From Moniliella sp. 'wahieum' (lineage: Eukaryota): 64,000 nt of DNA. The notes under the pieces are model-generated. The model was not told the DNA's origin and made no database searches. It saw nothing but the letters and a program-made list of their open reading frames with translations. Where the stretch lies: NCBI GenBank assembly GCA_003971905.1, contig RSEE01000051.1, positions 124,001 through 188,000 on the forward strand, in the 5' to 3' direction. This document shows, piece by piece, positions 13,062-24,090 of the stretch. How positions within the stretch are numbered: position 1 is the stretch's first letter; the number at the start of each line of letters is the position of its first letter. A program made the position numbers and the translations under genes.

Positions 13062-14937
13062 ATGGAGGACAGGCCGGCGGTGCTGCGTCTGCCGGTGGAC
13101 GTGCACCTGGACCTGCTCGGGTGTCTGTCCCTGTCCGAGCGGCTGGTGTGGACGCGCGCGCTCTGTGCGCCGCTCCGCGCCTGCCTCGCCCCCACCCTCG
13201 CACCCCGCCTCCTCTGCCCGCCCACCGCTGCCCACCCGCCACGGCACCCTCGCCGGCGCACGCCTCGCCCTCCACGACCTCCACCTCGCCGCCAGATCCT
13301 GCCCACGCCCTCGTCTCCGTCGCCTGCCTCGCCTTGCCCCTCGCCCTCCCCTCCCGCCACGCCACGCCTCCTCCTCCTCCTCCTCTGGCTATTGCTCCTG
13401 CGAAGCCTGTTGCTCCCGCTCCTTCGGCCTGCCTTCGCCTCCGCCCGAAGGCGTGCACAACGCATGGTACGTGCTCTCCCCGCAGCGACAGCGCGAACGG
13501 GCGGCAGCCCATGCTGCGGCTACTACCGCTGCCACTACTGCCTCCCACGACCGCCCTGCCCTGCCCGAGCCCGATCCCCAGCCACTACCCTTGCCTCAGC
13601 CTCGGCCTCAGCCTCCTCGTCGCGGCCACGCTCCCGGGAGCGATACGTGTCTTTCTCCGTGCGGTGCGCATGCTGCTCACCCCCGCGTGGGACGCACAGG
13701 ACTTGCACCTTGTGCACGTGCACGGTGCTGCCCCTTACTCCGAGTGGAGTTCTCCCGCACCCTTTCCCATACCCACTTGCACCACCTCCACAACTGCCAC
13801 CCAGCGTACCCGGCAGCGTACCCCCAGTGTACCCACCAGTGTACCCCGCAGCGCAAGAGGAGTAGCGCCGGGCTGCCACAAGCTTGTTCCTCGTGGGCTG
13901 GCACGGGGTGCCGGGAGACCTACTGCGGGAAATGTTGATCTATGAACCCACCTTGGCTGCCGTCACGACCATCGTCAAGACCCAGCAGCACGATGACCAG
14001 CCCGTCTGGGCTGCCTTGGCCCCTGCCTACCACCACGCTCACGCTCATGCTCATGCTCATGCTTATCCTCATGCTCATGCTCATGCTAGTCGTGATTGTG
14101 GTTGTGATCGGGATGGTGATTGTGAGGGTGAGGTGAGGATGGGACGGGGTGGCACCCCGTGGGAATCGATCGGTACACCTACTTTGCACAACGGTTGTGC
14201 GCCTCTCAGCGGACGTACTTTGAAGATGCCCTGCAGCTTGCTTCGGCCTCGTTGTCTGGATCCTCTGCGTCTCTGGCGCGCGCTGGGTCGCCTGGGCCGC
14301 CTGGGCCGCCTTGGACCTCACCCTTCTCCGGCGGTGGATCTGGTACCGTGCCCCCGTCCCCATCGTCATCGCTGTCGTCATCGCTATCGTCATCGCTATC
14401 GTCATCATCATCGCCATGGCCGTCCTCGTCCCCGTCCCTGCCGCCGTCGCCATGGCCGTCGCCGTTACCGTACAGGCCAACGGGACAGGACGGTAAGGAC
14501 CCACTCGGCACCGACCCGAGCATGACCGTCCCCCGCCAAACCCAGCAACCGTCGCGATCGCTAGTCGTCAGCCTCCGTTTTTCATCAAGGGCGCCGGGCT
14601 GAGTGTGGGGTTCGATTGTCTTTGTTTTCAGGCGCCGGTCGAGCTCCAGCTGACCCCAACGCATCCCCAAACGCAAACGCCAACGCCAACGCCAACGCCA
14701 ACACAACGGTCGCAGCAACGCGATGAGCAATGGAGGGGAGATCAAGGACAAGGACAAGGGCAAGAGCACGGACAAGGACAAGGAGAAGGACAAGAGCAAA
14801 GACCGGCGTTGCGCCACATTATCTTCCAAGGTCGGTACCACCTACACGACGCGCAAGAGTTGGCAACCATGTTTGAATGGAGCGAGACGACGTGTACGGG
14901 TGTCGACAGTCGATCTTTGTTGATTACGGGCGGGTGA
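13062..14937 (+). CDS. Putative F-box protein with several low-complexity tracts
   Basis: N-terminal VLRLPVDVHLDLLGCLSLSERLVWTRALC F-box-like motif; TATATAAG at about 13000; frameshifted coding-like blocks run to RSLLITGG*. Confidence 0.55.
14030..14090 (+). repeat. Hexamer microsatellite (CTCATG)n encoding a His-Ala tract
   Basis: cacgctcacgctcatgctcatgctcatgcttatcctcatgctcatgctcatgct. Confidence 0.85.
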
Positions 14938-15531
14938 GCGGTTGGTTGGTTGGTTTGAGACGAGACCCGAGGTTCAGTTGGCGAGATGGAGGGGGGGGGA
15001 TTCTCTTCTTCTTCTTCTTGTCTCACCGCTCTTTGGCTCTTCTGTTATTTGCTGTCACTCTGCGAACCTCCTGCACTGCCTCCATTGCTCCCTTACTCCC
15101 TTGCTCCATGCTTCATGCTTCATGATCCGTCCCTCTGTCTTTGTCCGCCTAATGTCAATACTGCACTGCATAGTTCGCACCCTTCCCTTCTCCCCCGCAG
15201 CATGTCTACTCAAGTTGGAAGATCGCTCGGTCGCAAACAGAAACTACATTGACCTCTCTGGAGAGGCGGGGCATCGCTGTCATTCTAACCCCAGGACCCT
15301 CGTGACCAGCTGATAGATGGAATCAGCAACGCTCCTACGTACGGTCTCCGCGGTGGCTATGGCAGTTGTGTGACGATGCATGTACCGTCGCATGACCATT
15401 ATTCTATCCATCTTTCTGTACTGCAAAGTGGGAGGAAAATGGGGGGTACGCCATCCTCCACCATCCCATGGAGAGAGGGAGAGGACTACCCCTTAGGTAG
15501 ATGTCGAAGGAGGATTGGAGAGCGGGCCGAG

Positions 15532-17106
15532 TTAGGCAGTCTCCGCCACATCCTTCTCCCGTACTTCGGGGCCGTGCTGGGCGTCATACGAACGAGCATA
15601 GGCACGCGCATAGTCCACCACCAACGCAGCCCAGAGCAACGCAGCAATCCGCGTGTTGGACGTAAACGTCTTCCAACACGCCGCGCGGTTGTCCAGGTTG
15701 GTCGTGACCACGCCGCGCATCACCAACGCCACCGCCGCCACGGCCCCGGGCAGACCAACAGCGTGCTCATGTACCACCACGGCCCACGCGGCCCGTCGCA
15801 AGGCCGGGTCGGACGAAGTCAGTTGGTTCGCCACGTCCATGCGCCCGTACAAGGTTGCTGTGGCATGGTCTTTGGCGGCGTGGCAAGTACCAACGCCGTG
15901 AGGAGCAGCACGCCAAATCCCACGCTAAAGCCTAGTAGGATCGGTCGGGTTTTCGCCCAAACAGTAGCGCCGTACTCTTGATGCCCATCTTGACATCGTC
16001 TACTTTATCCTGGTGCGCATAGATCGTATCGTACACAATCGTCCAGCACCAGCACCCTGCGTACAACGGTAACACCGCTGCCCAGTCACAGCTTCCCGCC
16101 ACCCGACCAGCCGAGAAGCGCACCCCAATTGAAGGCCAAGCCTGCCGTGTCGTTAGTACCGTGCACTGCGTGTCTCGATGGGTGCAAGGAGCGCAAGCGG
16201 GGGAAGAGGGAGGAAGGGGAGGAAGAGGGAGGAAGGGGAGGAAGGGGAGGAAGGGGAGGAAGAGGAGGAAGAGGAGGAAGAGAGGAAGAGGAGGAAGAGG
16301 AGGAAGAGGAGGAGAGGAGAAGAGGAGGAGGGAGGAGGAGAGGAGGAAGAGGAGGAAGAGGAGGAAGAGGAGGAGAGGAAGAGGAAGAGGAGGAAGTGCG
16401 ACGTACCAAGGACGGATTGGGGCCAGTAGGTGACCCGTTTCATAGCGGGGTAGATGGCCACAAGGGAGAGCGACGATGCGCCAAGCACGATCGAGTACGG
16501 GTTGAGTTGCACCAGCACCCCCAGGCCGACGGACAACTGACCCGCCAAAAACGCCCAGGCGTGCGGGACGCTAAGTGCGCCCGAAGCGAGTGGCCGAGAA
16601 GCCGTGCGACTCACCCGGCATCCAACCGCCGATCCCACATATCGTTGATCGTGCACCCTGCTCCGCGCATCACCAGCCCCGACCCCAAACAGAGCCAGCT
16701 GGCCCACCAGCACACTCGGACTCGCTCCCACCGCATGCGCACACAACGTCATACTAAATGCACATGGCCAGTACAACAGCCACGTCCCAATCGGCTTGTC
16801 CAGCCGCATCAGGTCCAGGTACGGCCGCACCTTCTCCACCAGCGACCGAGGCGCCGGCGCAGGCGAAGGAGAAGGAGAGAGGAAGGAGAAGGCGCCGAGG
16901 GAACCACCGTGCTGACCCCCGTGCACCCACCCTGTGCGGCGCACAAGCAAGCGCACGGGCGCGGGGAGAGCGGCCCGCGGTGGGGCGGCAAGCGGCGCAG
17001 TCCAGCAGGAGCGCACGCGAGGCACCGGAGGGCGGAGGCAGACGACAGAGGGACACACCATGCTGCGCGGCGCGAAGGGCTTCCCCCGCATCAGGATCGA
17101 GGCCAT
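15532..17106 (-). CDS. COQ2: 4-hydroxybenzoate polyprenyltransferase (UbiA family), intron 16142-16406
   Basis: [75 protein letters not shown]. Confidence 0.95.
16199..16396. repeat. ~200-bp pure purine (GAG/GAA) tract inside the COQ2 intron
   Basis: Only A/G on the + strand, e.g. gaggaagaggaggaagag... Confidence 0.95.
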
Positions 17107-17720
17107 GGCCAACCACACGGACGCCGGCAGCAGCAGCGAGGAAGGCGGCTGCGCAGCAAGCGGGTGTGCTGGCAGTAGGCCGATCCCCATTGGGTACGGG
17201 GCATCGGTGCAACCCACGTCACATGTCCATGTCAGCGCTGCGCTGAGGCTCAGCACGCTGGCTTTGGTCGGGCGTTGCAGATCTTCGCGGCGCGGGCGAG
17301 GTCACGTGCGCCGCGCATCGGCCATATATCCATTGACACTGGGGTCCAACTACACTGCGCCGGCCCACTACAACACACCTGCCTACACCTCGACGCTCCC
17401 TCCCTCGACCAATCCATGGCCACTGCCTCCATCTGCTTTCCCCACAGAAGCAGACTCTGTGTCTGAACCTCACCCGCTTCCTCAGCACTCAGTGGGCTTG
17501 GCAAGCCAGCTACCATCGTTTCCCTCTGCCACAGGCACCCTCAACAGGTTCCTTGCCGTCCATGCAAAACATCCATCCATTAAGTCAATGCGGCCCCAAC
17601 GGGCTTTGCCCGGGGGGCTCTATCTAGGTCCTGCACACAGCAGCAGATTGGGCAACCGTGTACGCACGGAGAGAAAAACAAAGCACGCCTCTCAGAGCTC
17701 AGAGTTCAGACACTCGTGAA

Positions 17721-18598
17721 TCAAACCTTGGCCGCCGCTGCGGCCTCAATCTTGTCTTGCGTCTTGGTAGCAAAGTCCGAAGGATCATGGCGTTCGCGCA
17801 GCTGCTCCTCCAACGGGCCCGTGGCCTTATTCACAATCCGGCCACGCCGCACCGCCGGACGCGCATCGATCCGTTTGGCCCACTCCACCACGTGGGTGTA
17901 CTCGTGCACGGCCAAAAACGTATTGGAACCAGCGTACAGCCGACCCAGTGCCAACCCGCCCAGCCACGGCCAAATGGCCATGTCGGCAATGTCGTGTACT
18001 CTTGTCCCGCCACAACGGAACCTCGGCCAGACGACGGTTGAGCACATCGAGCAACCGCTTGGATTCGAGCGCAAAGCGGTTGATCGGGTACTCCTCCTTC
18101 GGGTCGTGGTACGCGTAAAGTGGCCTAGGTTGCCCAGGTACGGCGCGCTGCCCATCTGCCAAAACAGCCAATTGAGCGTTTCGGTCTTGCTGCGCACGTC
18201 GGTCGGGAGGAAGCTCCATACTTCCGCCAAGTAGACGAGGATCGAACCCGATTCAAAAACGCGCAACGGACCGCCTTCCACACCATGGTCCACCAGCGCA
18301 GGAATCTTCGAGTTGGGATTCGCCTCCACAAAGCCCGAACCGAATTGCTGGCCTTCCATAATGTTGATTAGAAAACGCATCGTAGTTGTCGAGCTTGCCC
18401 GCTTCAATCAACTCTTCGAGAGCAAATGGTGACTTTTTGTCCGTTCGGCGTGGCAAGACTGTACAGCTGCAAGTCCGTCTTGCCCACGGGTAGCTCGGCC
18501 GTCGAAGTAGGGCCAGCAATGGGGCGGTTGATGTTGGCAAACGGGCCCGAACCGGGCTTCCATTCCCACACCGCGGGGGGGGACGTAGACTCGGCCAT
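17721..18598 (-). CDS. yghU: Nu-class glutathione S-transferase / disulfide oxidoreductase, YghU-like, intronless
   Basis: VWEW..FANINRPIAGPT..LPVGK..LQLYSLATPNGQKVTI; NPNSKIPAL; VFESGSILVYLAE; IADMAIWPW; RPAVRRGRIVN..QLRERHDPSDF, colinear with E. coli YghU as recalled. Confidence 0.92.
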
Positions 18599-19058
18599 GA
18601 TGGAGGAGGTGGAGAGGACACGGACAGTAAATGCGCGAGGGGGCGGACGACGTAGAAAAGACGAACAGAGAAGGGAACGCGAGTAGGGCACAGATACGCG
18701 CAGTCTCTCCATCCACAGCTGGGCGACGAGGTGGGGATACGAGCGAGAGAGGGAGGTCGGGATTCGCCGCCTCAAGTAGGCAAGGATCACCGACGGCAAG
18801 CAGAATGCGTGATGCTGTTCGCCGCGCGGTGCACAGACCATCCGATTGGAGGACGGCGATAAGCGGTCAATGGTGCGATGCTATGTCCGGCAAAGGGGGC
18901 CGGGGGGGTCGCCGGGGTGCGGCCGCGCACTGGGGAGTGAGTACTGAGTGCCTGGGACGGCAGAACTGCGACTCCCCGGCTTTAGGCCGGTGGATCCGGC
19001 TGTATCAACTCAGCCTCGCTTTCGCCCTCGTGGCGTCATCGCCTTGATGGGGAAGCTT

Positions 19059-19336
19059 TCAATTGGCGAAGCGATATCGACTCCCCAGGCCAACAAGCGC
19101 CACAGCCAGGCCAAACGCGCTCAGCCACGATGAAGGACGGATAATCGAAGAGGATCCATCAGAGGTCAACAGCGGTCTGGTGTTGGTTGGACCATCCCCA
19201 CCAACAACAACCGTGTCATATATGAAACGCGGAAGAGGCGGCTCGTAGGGAGCGATGGCAGCATCTTTTGGATAGCCCCAGTGATGGGCGGCCGACTGAG
19301 CTGATGGGCGCAGTGAGTGAACTCCACGTGAACCAT
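19059..19336 (-). CDS. Possible small membrane protein
   Basis: TATATAAAG at about 19430 followed by a CT-rich leader; short ORF with a C-terminal hydrophobic stretch (WLSAFGLAVALVGLG); no recognisable family. Confidence 0.2.
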
Positions 19337-19782
19337 CTGCGCGTCCGGAGTGGTGTGCTGATGGAGGAGAGTGGTGCTTCCGAGGAGAGAGATGCAAAGG
19401 GCTATAGGATGCGGTAGGGCCCCTACCCTTTATATAGCAGAGGGTACCGGGGAGCAGAGGGAGCGTCCGGACGGATGATAAGAGGGGTGATCACCAAAAT
19501 CGCTCTATGTTCTCTGCTTCCCCCCAGCTCGCTGTTACGGGCGATGGAGGGTGGCCGAGCCCGACCGAGCCCGACCGAGCCCATCCTCTCCCCTTGTCTC
19601 CCTTGCCTGGGTTGCACACCTCTCTCCGGTGAGCGGGCCCCCAGCCTGGGATCTGCCCATGCCATCCACATTCCCACCTACTTCTGCACAAACGTTGTAT
19701 GGGCTGGAGTATGTGAGGAATGTCCAATGTTCATGTGAAAAGGACTCAGTGGAGGGGTCGCCGACCGGCTCCAAATGGAAGT

Positions 19783-21887
19783 CTATGCGGCCTTGTTGGC
19801 GGCGGTAGCGAAGGCGGCCTGGAGCGCGAGAGCTCGAGGTGAGTCCCCTCGGGGGAGAAAGACCTCGACAAGGTGAGCTTTGTCGGCCTTGTTGAAGTCC
19901 GGGTCGGTCAGCAACGTCTCAAGCTCGGTCTTGGTGTGCACAGCGTGATACGCAGTCTTGGATGGAACGGGGTCGCTGGCATGAGAGGGCACGGCAGGTT
20001 GAGTCCAAGTGGGTGGGGGGGTGAACAAATCAATCAATTTCGAGTGGTCCCAAATTGCAATGTCGTTGTACGCCTCGTCCGGACCAAAGATCTGCCGCTC
20101 CGTTTCGTACCCGTCATTGTTGAGGAGAAAGATGACAGGTGTCAGGCCGTAGCGGAAGATGGTGCCCAGCTCTTGCACGGCAAGCTGGAGAGACCCATCT
20201 CCCATAAAAACCACGATGCGGCCAGGGCGTGCGGGATTGGTCTGCTTGAGCTTGCGCAGACCTAGACTTGCCCCAGAGCCGCTCCGCATGCGTATCCAAT
20301 CGAGCACCAGTACATCTGGATAATAAGCTGCACCTTGGCGGGGAACGTTACGTCGACCAAACCAAAGGACGAGGTGCCTGCATCGCCAATGACAATGTCC
20401 CCTTCTGAAAAGAACTGGCCTAGCCGAGGCCACAAGTAGCCCTGGGAAATGATATCTTTGGACTGGAGACCTTTGGCACCGCCTAGGCTTGCGAGGATGT
20501 GGTCACTAAGCTGGATAGTCTGTTCCTCAAGGCAAGGTAGGGTGTTGAGGAAGAGGGAACGGACAGGAGCAAGGTATGACTTGGTGGCGGCCAACCGCTT
20601 CGGTCCTTGCTTACAGAGCGCAGCTGTCAGTTTGGGCAAGAGGCTCGTCATCTTGATACCCTCAACAATAGCCTTGCCAATCTTGATGTAGTCCGAATGG
20701 AACTCGATCGTAGCAGCAGGGCTGACGGATCCAGAAAATGAGCCAGTGTTGAAGTCGCACGAAAAGGAACCAACAGAGAGACGAGATCGGAGGTCTCGAC
20801 AAGCTCGCAAACAGCTGGCTTGCTCAGCTTGCCAACGTAAACACCACCGAACTGAGCGTTATTCAGCTCAGTCACAACTGTCTTGCCCATAGGCATGGAG
20901 AAGACGGGAAGACCAGTGAGCTCGACAAATTGGCGCGTCTCAGCAAGTGCGTAGCGTGAGGCACACGCGTCAACCAGTACGATAGGCTGCCTGGCTGCGT
21001 TGACGCGTTGGACAATCTCGTCCAGCACATTGCGCTCAATCTCTTGGTTGTTGCACGCGACGGTAGTCTGCAAGTTGTAGGTTGCCAGGCGCTCAGCGGC
21101 TGAAGCGGGCAGAGGCAGGTCGACGAGGTTGCAGGGGAGAGCAATGTAGACGGGAAGAGATTGAAGAACAGAATTCGAGAATCGAGTCAAGGGCACGACA
21201 CGCGTCGAGACCCGTGGTGATATCTTCAGTTTTTGCACCCTTGGGAATCAAAGGAAGACGACCCTCGCGGTACAGTTGGTACACGTCCAGCTGGGATCCA
21301 GTAATTTGACGTGCCACGTTGAAAATGTATCGAACTTGTGGTTACCTATGGAGAGTGGATTAAGCCATGTGTGAAAACGTGGGTGGTCAGGTCAAGCTCA
21401 CCACTAGCGTATAAACACACAAAACACATATATCTCACGGGACGAGGGAGGAAATAACGTACCAATGGTGTGGTGGAGCAAAATGCCGCTATCTTGAGCC
21501 TTGGTCGCCGGAGTGCCGACGATGTGGATGACAGGTATCCGCTCTGCCATGCTACCAGCAAGTGCGTTTGCTGCGCTCATCTCGCCCACGCCAAAAGTGG
21601 TGATGAGCACGGAGGGACGACGAGGGTGGCCTTGGGATAAGACTCGAGCCAGACAATCGGCCGAGTACCCAGCGTTGAGCTCGTTCGAGTTGCCAACCAA
21701 GCTGAAACCATGCTCGCGGAGGCGCGTGAGCAGGCCGAGGGTGAAGTCGCCAGGGACACCCTGTACCAGGTCCACCTCAAGCTGCTTCAGCCGTTCGCAA
21801 AGGTACCCGACGAGGGTGAGGAGGACCGAGCCTTGGACGGAAGTGTTGGGGCGATGCCCCAATCACGCCATCCTGCGTGATAGTCAT
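19783..21887 (-). CDS. PDC: Pyruvate decarboxylase-family TPP enzyme, intron 21346-21462
   Basis: YLCERLKQL..GVPGDF, NELNAGYSAD, ITTFGVGEMSAANALAGSMAERIPVIHIVG, LLHHT, GDGSLQL...LLNNDGY. Confidence 0.93.
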
Positions 21888-22285
21888 CACCCCTCTTATC
21901 CGCCCGGAAGCTTCCTCAGCTCCGCGGTACCCTCGTCTATATAAGGTTTTTTTAGGCCCTACCCTTCTCATAGCCTCCTGTACCTCTCCTTAGAACCACA
22001 TCCTCCATTCCACTCCTCCTTCAGCAGGAAGACATGTGAGTGGTATGCGCGGCGGTGGTGGGAACCGAGCAAGGTTCTGCGCGGCCTCTTAAAGCAGTTT
22101 GGAGGGATTGGTGGTAATATAGCTGAGACATCATCAGGCCCATGTGTGCTGATACTGCAGCAAAAATCACAGCAAAAAGACGGAGAGAGGAATGCTCAGT
22201 CTGGGAGTGGCGGAGTGGCTCGTCATCATACTATGCCGCCTGGGGATGGTGAGGGACACTAAGATAAGAAAACGGAGAGAGGGAT

Positions 22286-22809
22286 TGTTATGGGGCGCTC
22301 TGATTATCTCCGGACACCGAGCCCCGCATTTCGTAGAACTCTCAGATATCATCGAAGCCCACGCCTACCCCCGACTTCCCTCTCCACTCTTCACCCTTCT
22401 ACGCTTACGAATTTACGGCTTACGTCGACCACTCTGCAAAGCCGCGGTTACTATCAGTAGCGCTTGCTCTTCTTTAGGATTCTGTCTGTTCCCGCCAACT
22501 ACAGCGTACCGAGTGTGGTAACCGGTAACGCCCCGAGGAACAGAGAAACTCCGGAGATCCTGGACCCCTTCAATTGGTCTTACGGCTTACGAACACAGCT
22601 CCTACCTCGGAGGGTCTGAGCCGCGGCCTTTGCACGCAGGCAGCCACCCAAACTAGAAGGTCTCTCCCTTGCCTCTACACCCGCTCGGTTCAACCAGGAT
22701 CTAAAGCAGAACCTAACGTACGTAACTCTAATGCCACGTTCAAGGGCTTTCACCGGTTTCACTCCTAAGTTCCGGGGTCGAGCTCCGTCTCGGGGCTCGC
22801 CCCATGACA
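22286..22809. mobile_element. Solo LTR (524 bp) of an LTR retrotransposon
   Basis: Termini TGTTATGGGGCG ... CGCCCCATGACA (11/12 inverted match, TG..CA); perfect 5-bp TSD GGGAT at 22281-22285 and 22810-22814. Confidence 0.88.
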
Positions 22810-22866
22810 GGGATGGTCGATGGTGTGAGAGGGTACAGCCCGGGGGAAATAGTGAGGAAAAGAAGA

Positions 22867-22937
22867 GACTCGAATGGGATTCGAACCCATGTCATCGCCT
22901 ATGGGCCAGGGATGCGTTATCACTACGCTATCGAGCC
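22867..22937 (-). tRNA. tRNA-like gene/pseudogene with degenerate anticodon arm (nominal anticodon CCC)
   Basis: GGCTCGA/TCGAGTC acceptor stem, GCGT-AGTGATA-ACGC D arm, ATGGG-TTCGAAT-CCCAT T arm, downstream TTTTT; anticodon loop GGCCCAT lacks U33 and the stem has a mismatch. Confidence 0.7.
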
Positions 22938-23489
22938 GGGATAAGAGCAGCTGCAGGATCACAGTCTAACAGATGGGGTTCCCAAAGACGCAAGCCATTG
23001 ACTCCAGACGTCTCGCTTTGACCCTGCCTCTGTGGAAGTTCTCAGGGATGCCAAGTATAATAGTGGAACAGGGCGACGGACATATGGACATGAGTGTCAG
23101 CCACCCCACCGCTACGGCTAGTACGATATACTAGGTGCCTCCAGCCGGTCAGAGCCTTCACGCGTCGCTACACCTTTACATATTTAATTGCACCGATGCA
23201 TGTGTTCACATTGGTTCGGCCGCCACCCACCACACCAAGCCGCTACCACCACCAACTCGTCCAGCGCCACGCCCATACTCCATCATTGTCCACTGCCTTG
23301 CCCCCCGCCCGGGCGCTTCAGAAAGAGGACTGTCTGGGCCACCATGCGCCACCATTCATTCTTGTCAGCACATAAGCAGATCTGACAAATCACATTCCTT
23401 CCACACTGATGTGTTATCCGACTCTCCCTTATGTTCTGCCCCTGACGAGCTCCTCTTCTGGAATGCAACCACCATCATGCATCATCCCT

Positions 23490-24090
23490 GCTTCCTGTCA
23501 TAATTCTCACACCAGTCCAGAATTGGTGGTGCGCCGACGCTGTCTGTTCGAACGGTGTGCCGCCTGGACCCGACCTGAGCTATTTGGCAGTGGTAAGACC
23601 TCAATCCTGGGCCAATCCAAAAGCCCATCAGCTCTCCTGAAAGATTCTGGAGTACACCGCACTGGTCACAGATGTCAGATCCGTCCCGAATTGGTGGAGC
23701 ACCCGCACCATCCGTACCGACCATCCGCCGTTTCGACTTAACCTCTGATGTGTGGACGTGGGGTGACCTCAATCCTAGTCCAATACTGGAGCGCCTTACC
23801 TCCCATGGAAGGCCTGCTTCTTGTGAATGTTGCGAATGTATCCAATCTATTGTTTGACGAGAATTGGTGCAGCACTGATGCCATCAACACAGGCCATCTG
23901 CAGTTTCGACCTCCCGTCAGATGTATGGACGTGTTCTGACCTCAATCCTGGTCCAATCCGGGAGCGCGTTACCTCCCTGAAAGGAACGAACGCCGTGCAT
24001 GATTCACCGCTACCAGTTCTTAGATCAGACACCATTGGTGGGGTGCGGGCGGCATCCACACCGACCTGTCAGTATTTGAACCTGCTATGC
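23490..24090 (+). repeat. About 3.5 degenerate ~170-bp tandem units; possible LRR-like protein relic
   Basis: ATTGGTG recurs at about 23522, 23690, 23863, 24033; GACCTCAATCCT at 23597, 23765, 23938; units translate as RIGG..FDL.SDVWT..DLNP.PI.ER.TSLK. Confidence 0.75.

Noticed and set aside
8860..14600. Many long overlapping ORFs on both strands
   Set aside because: GC-rich shadow ORFs of the ARP10 and F-box genes with no independent motifs.
15532..21887. COQ2-GST-PDC as a secondary metabolite cluster
   Set aside because: COQ2 and PDC look like primary-metabolism enzymes; no backbone synthase, transporter or cluster regulator.
23490..24090. CRISPR-like array
   Set aside because: Eukaryotic context; whole ~170-bp units are homologous, with no unique spacers and no cas genes.
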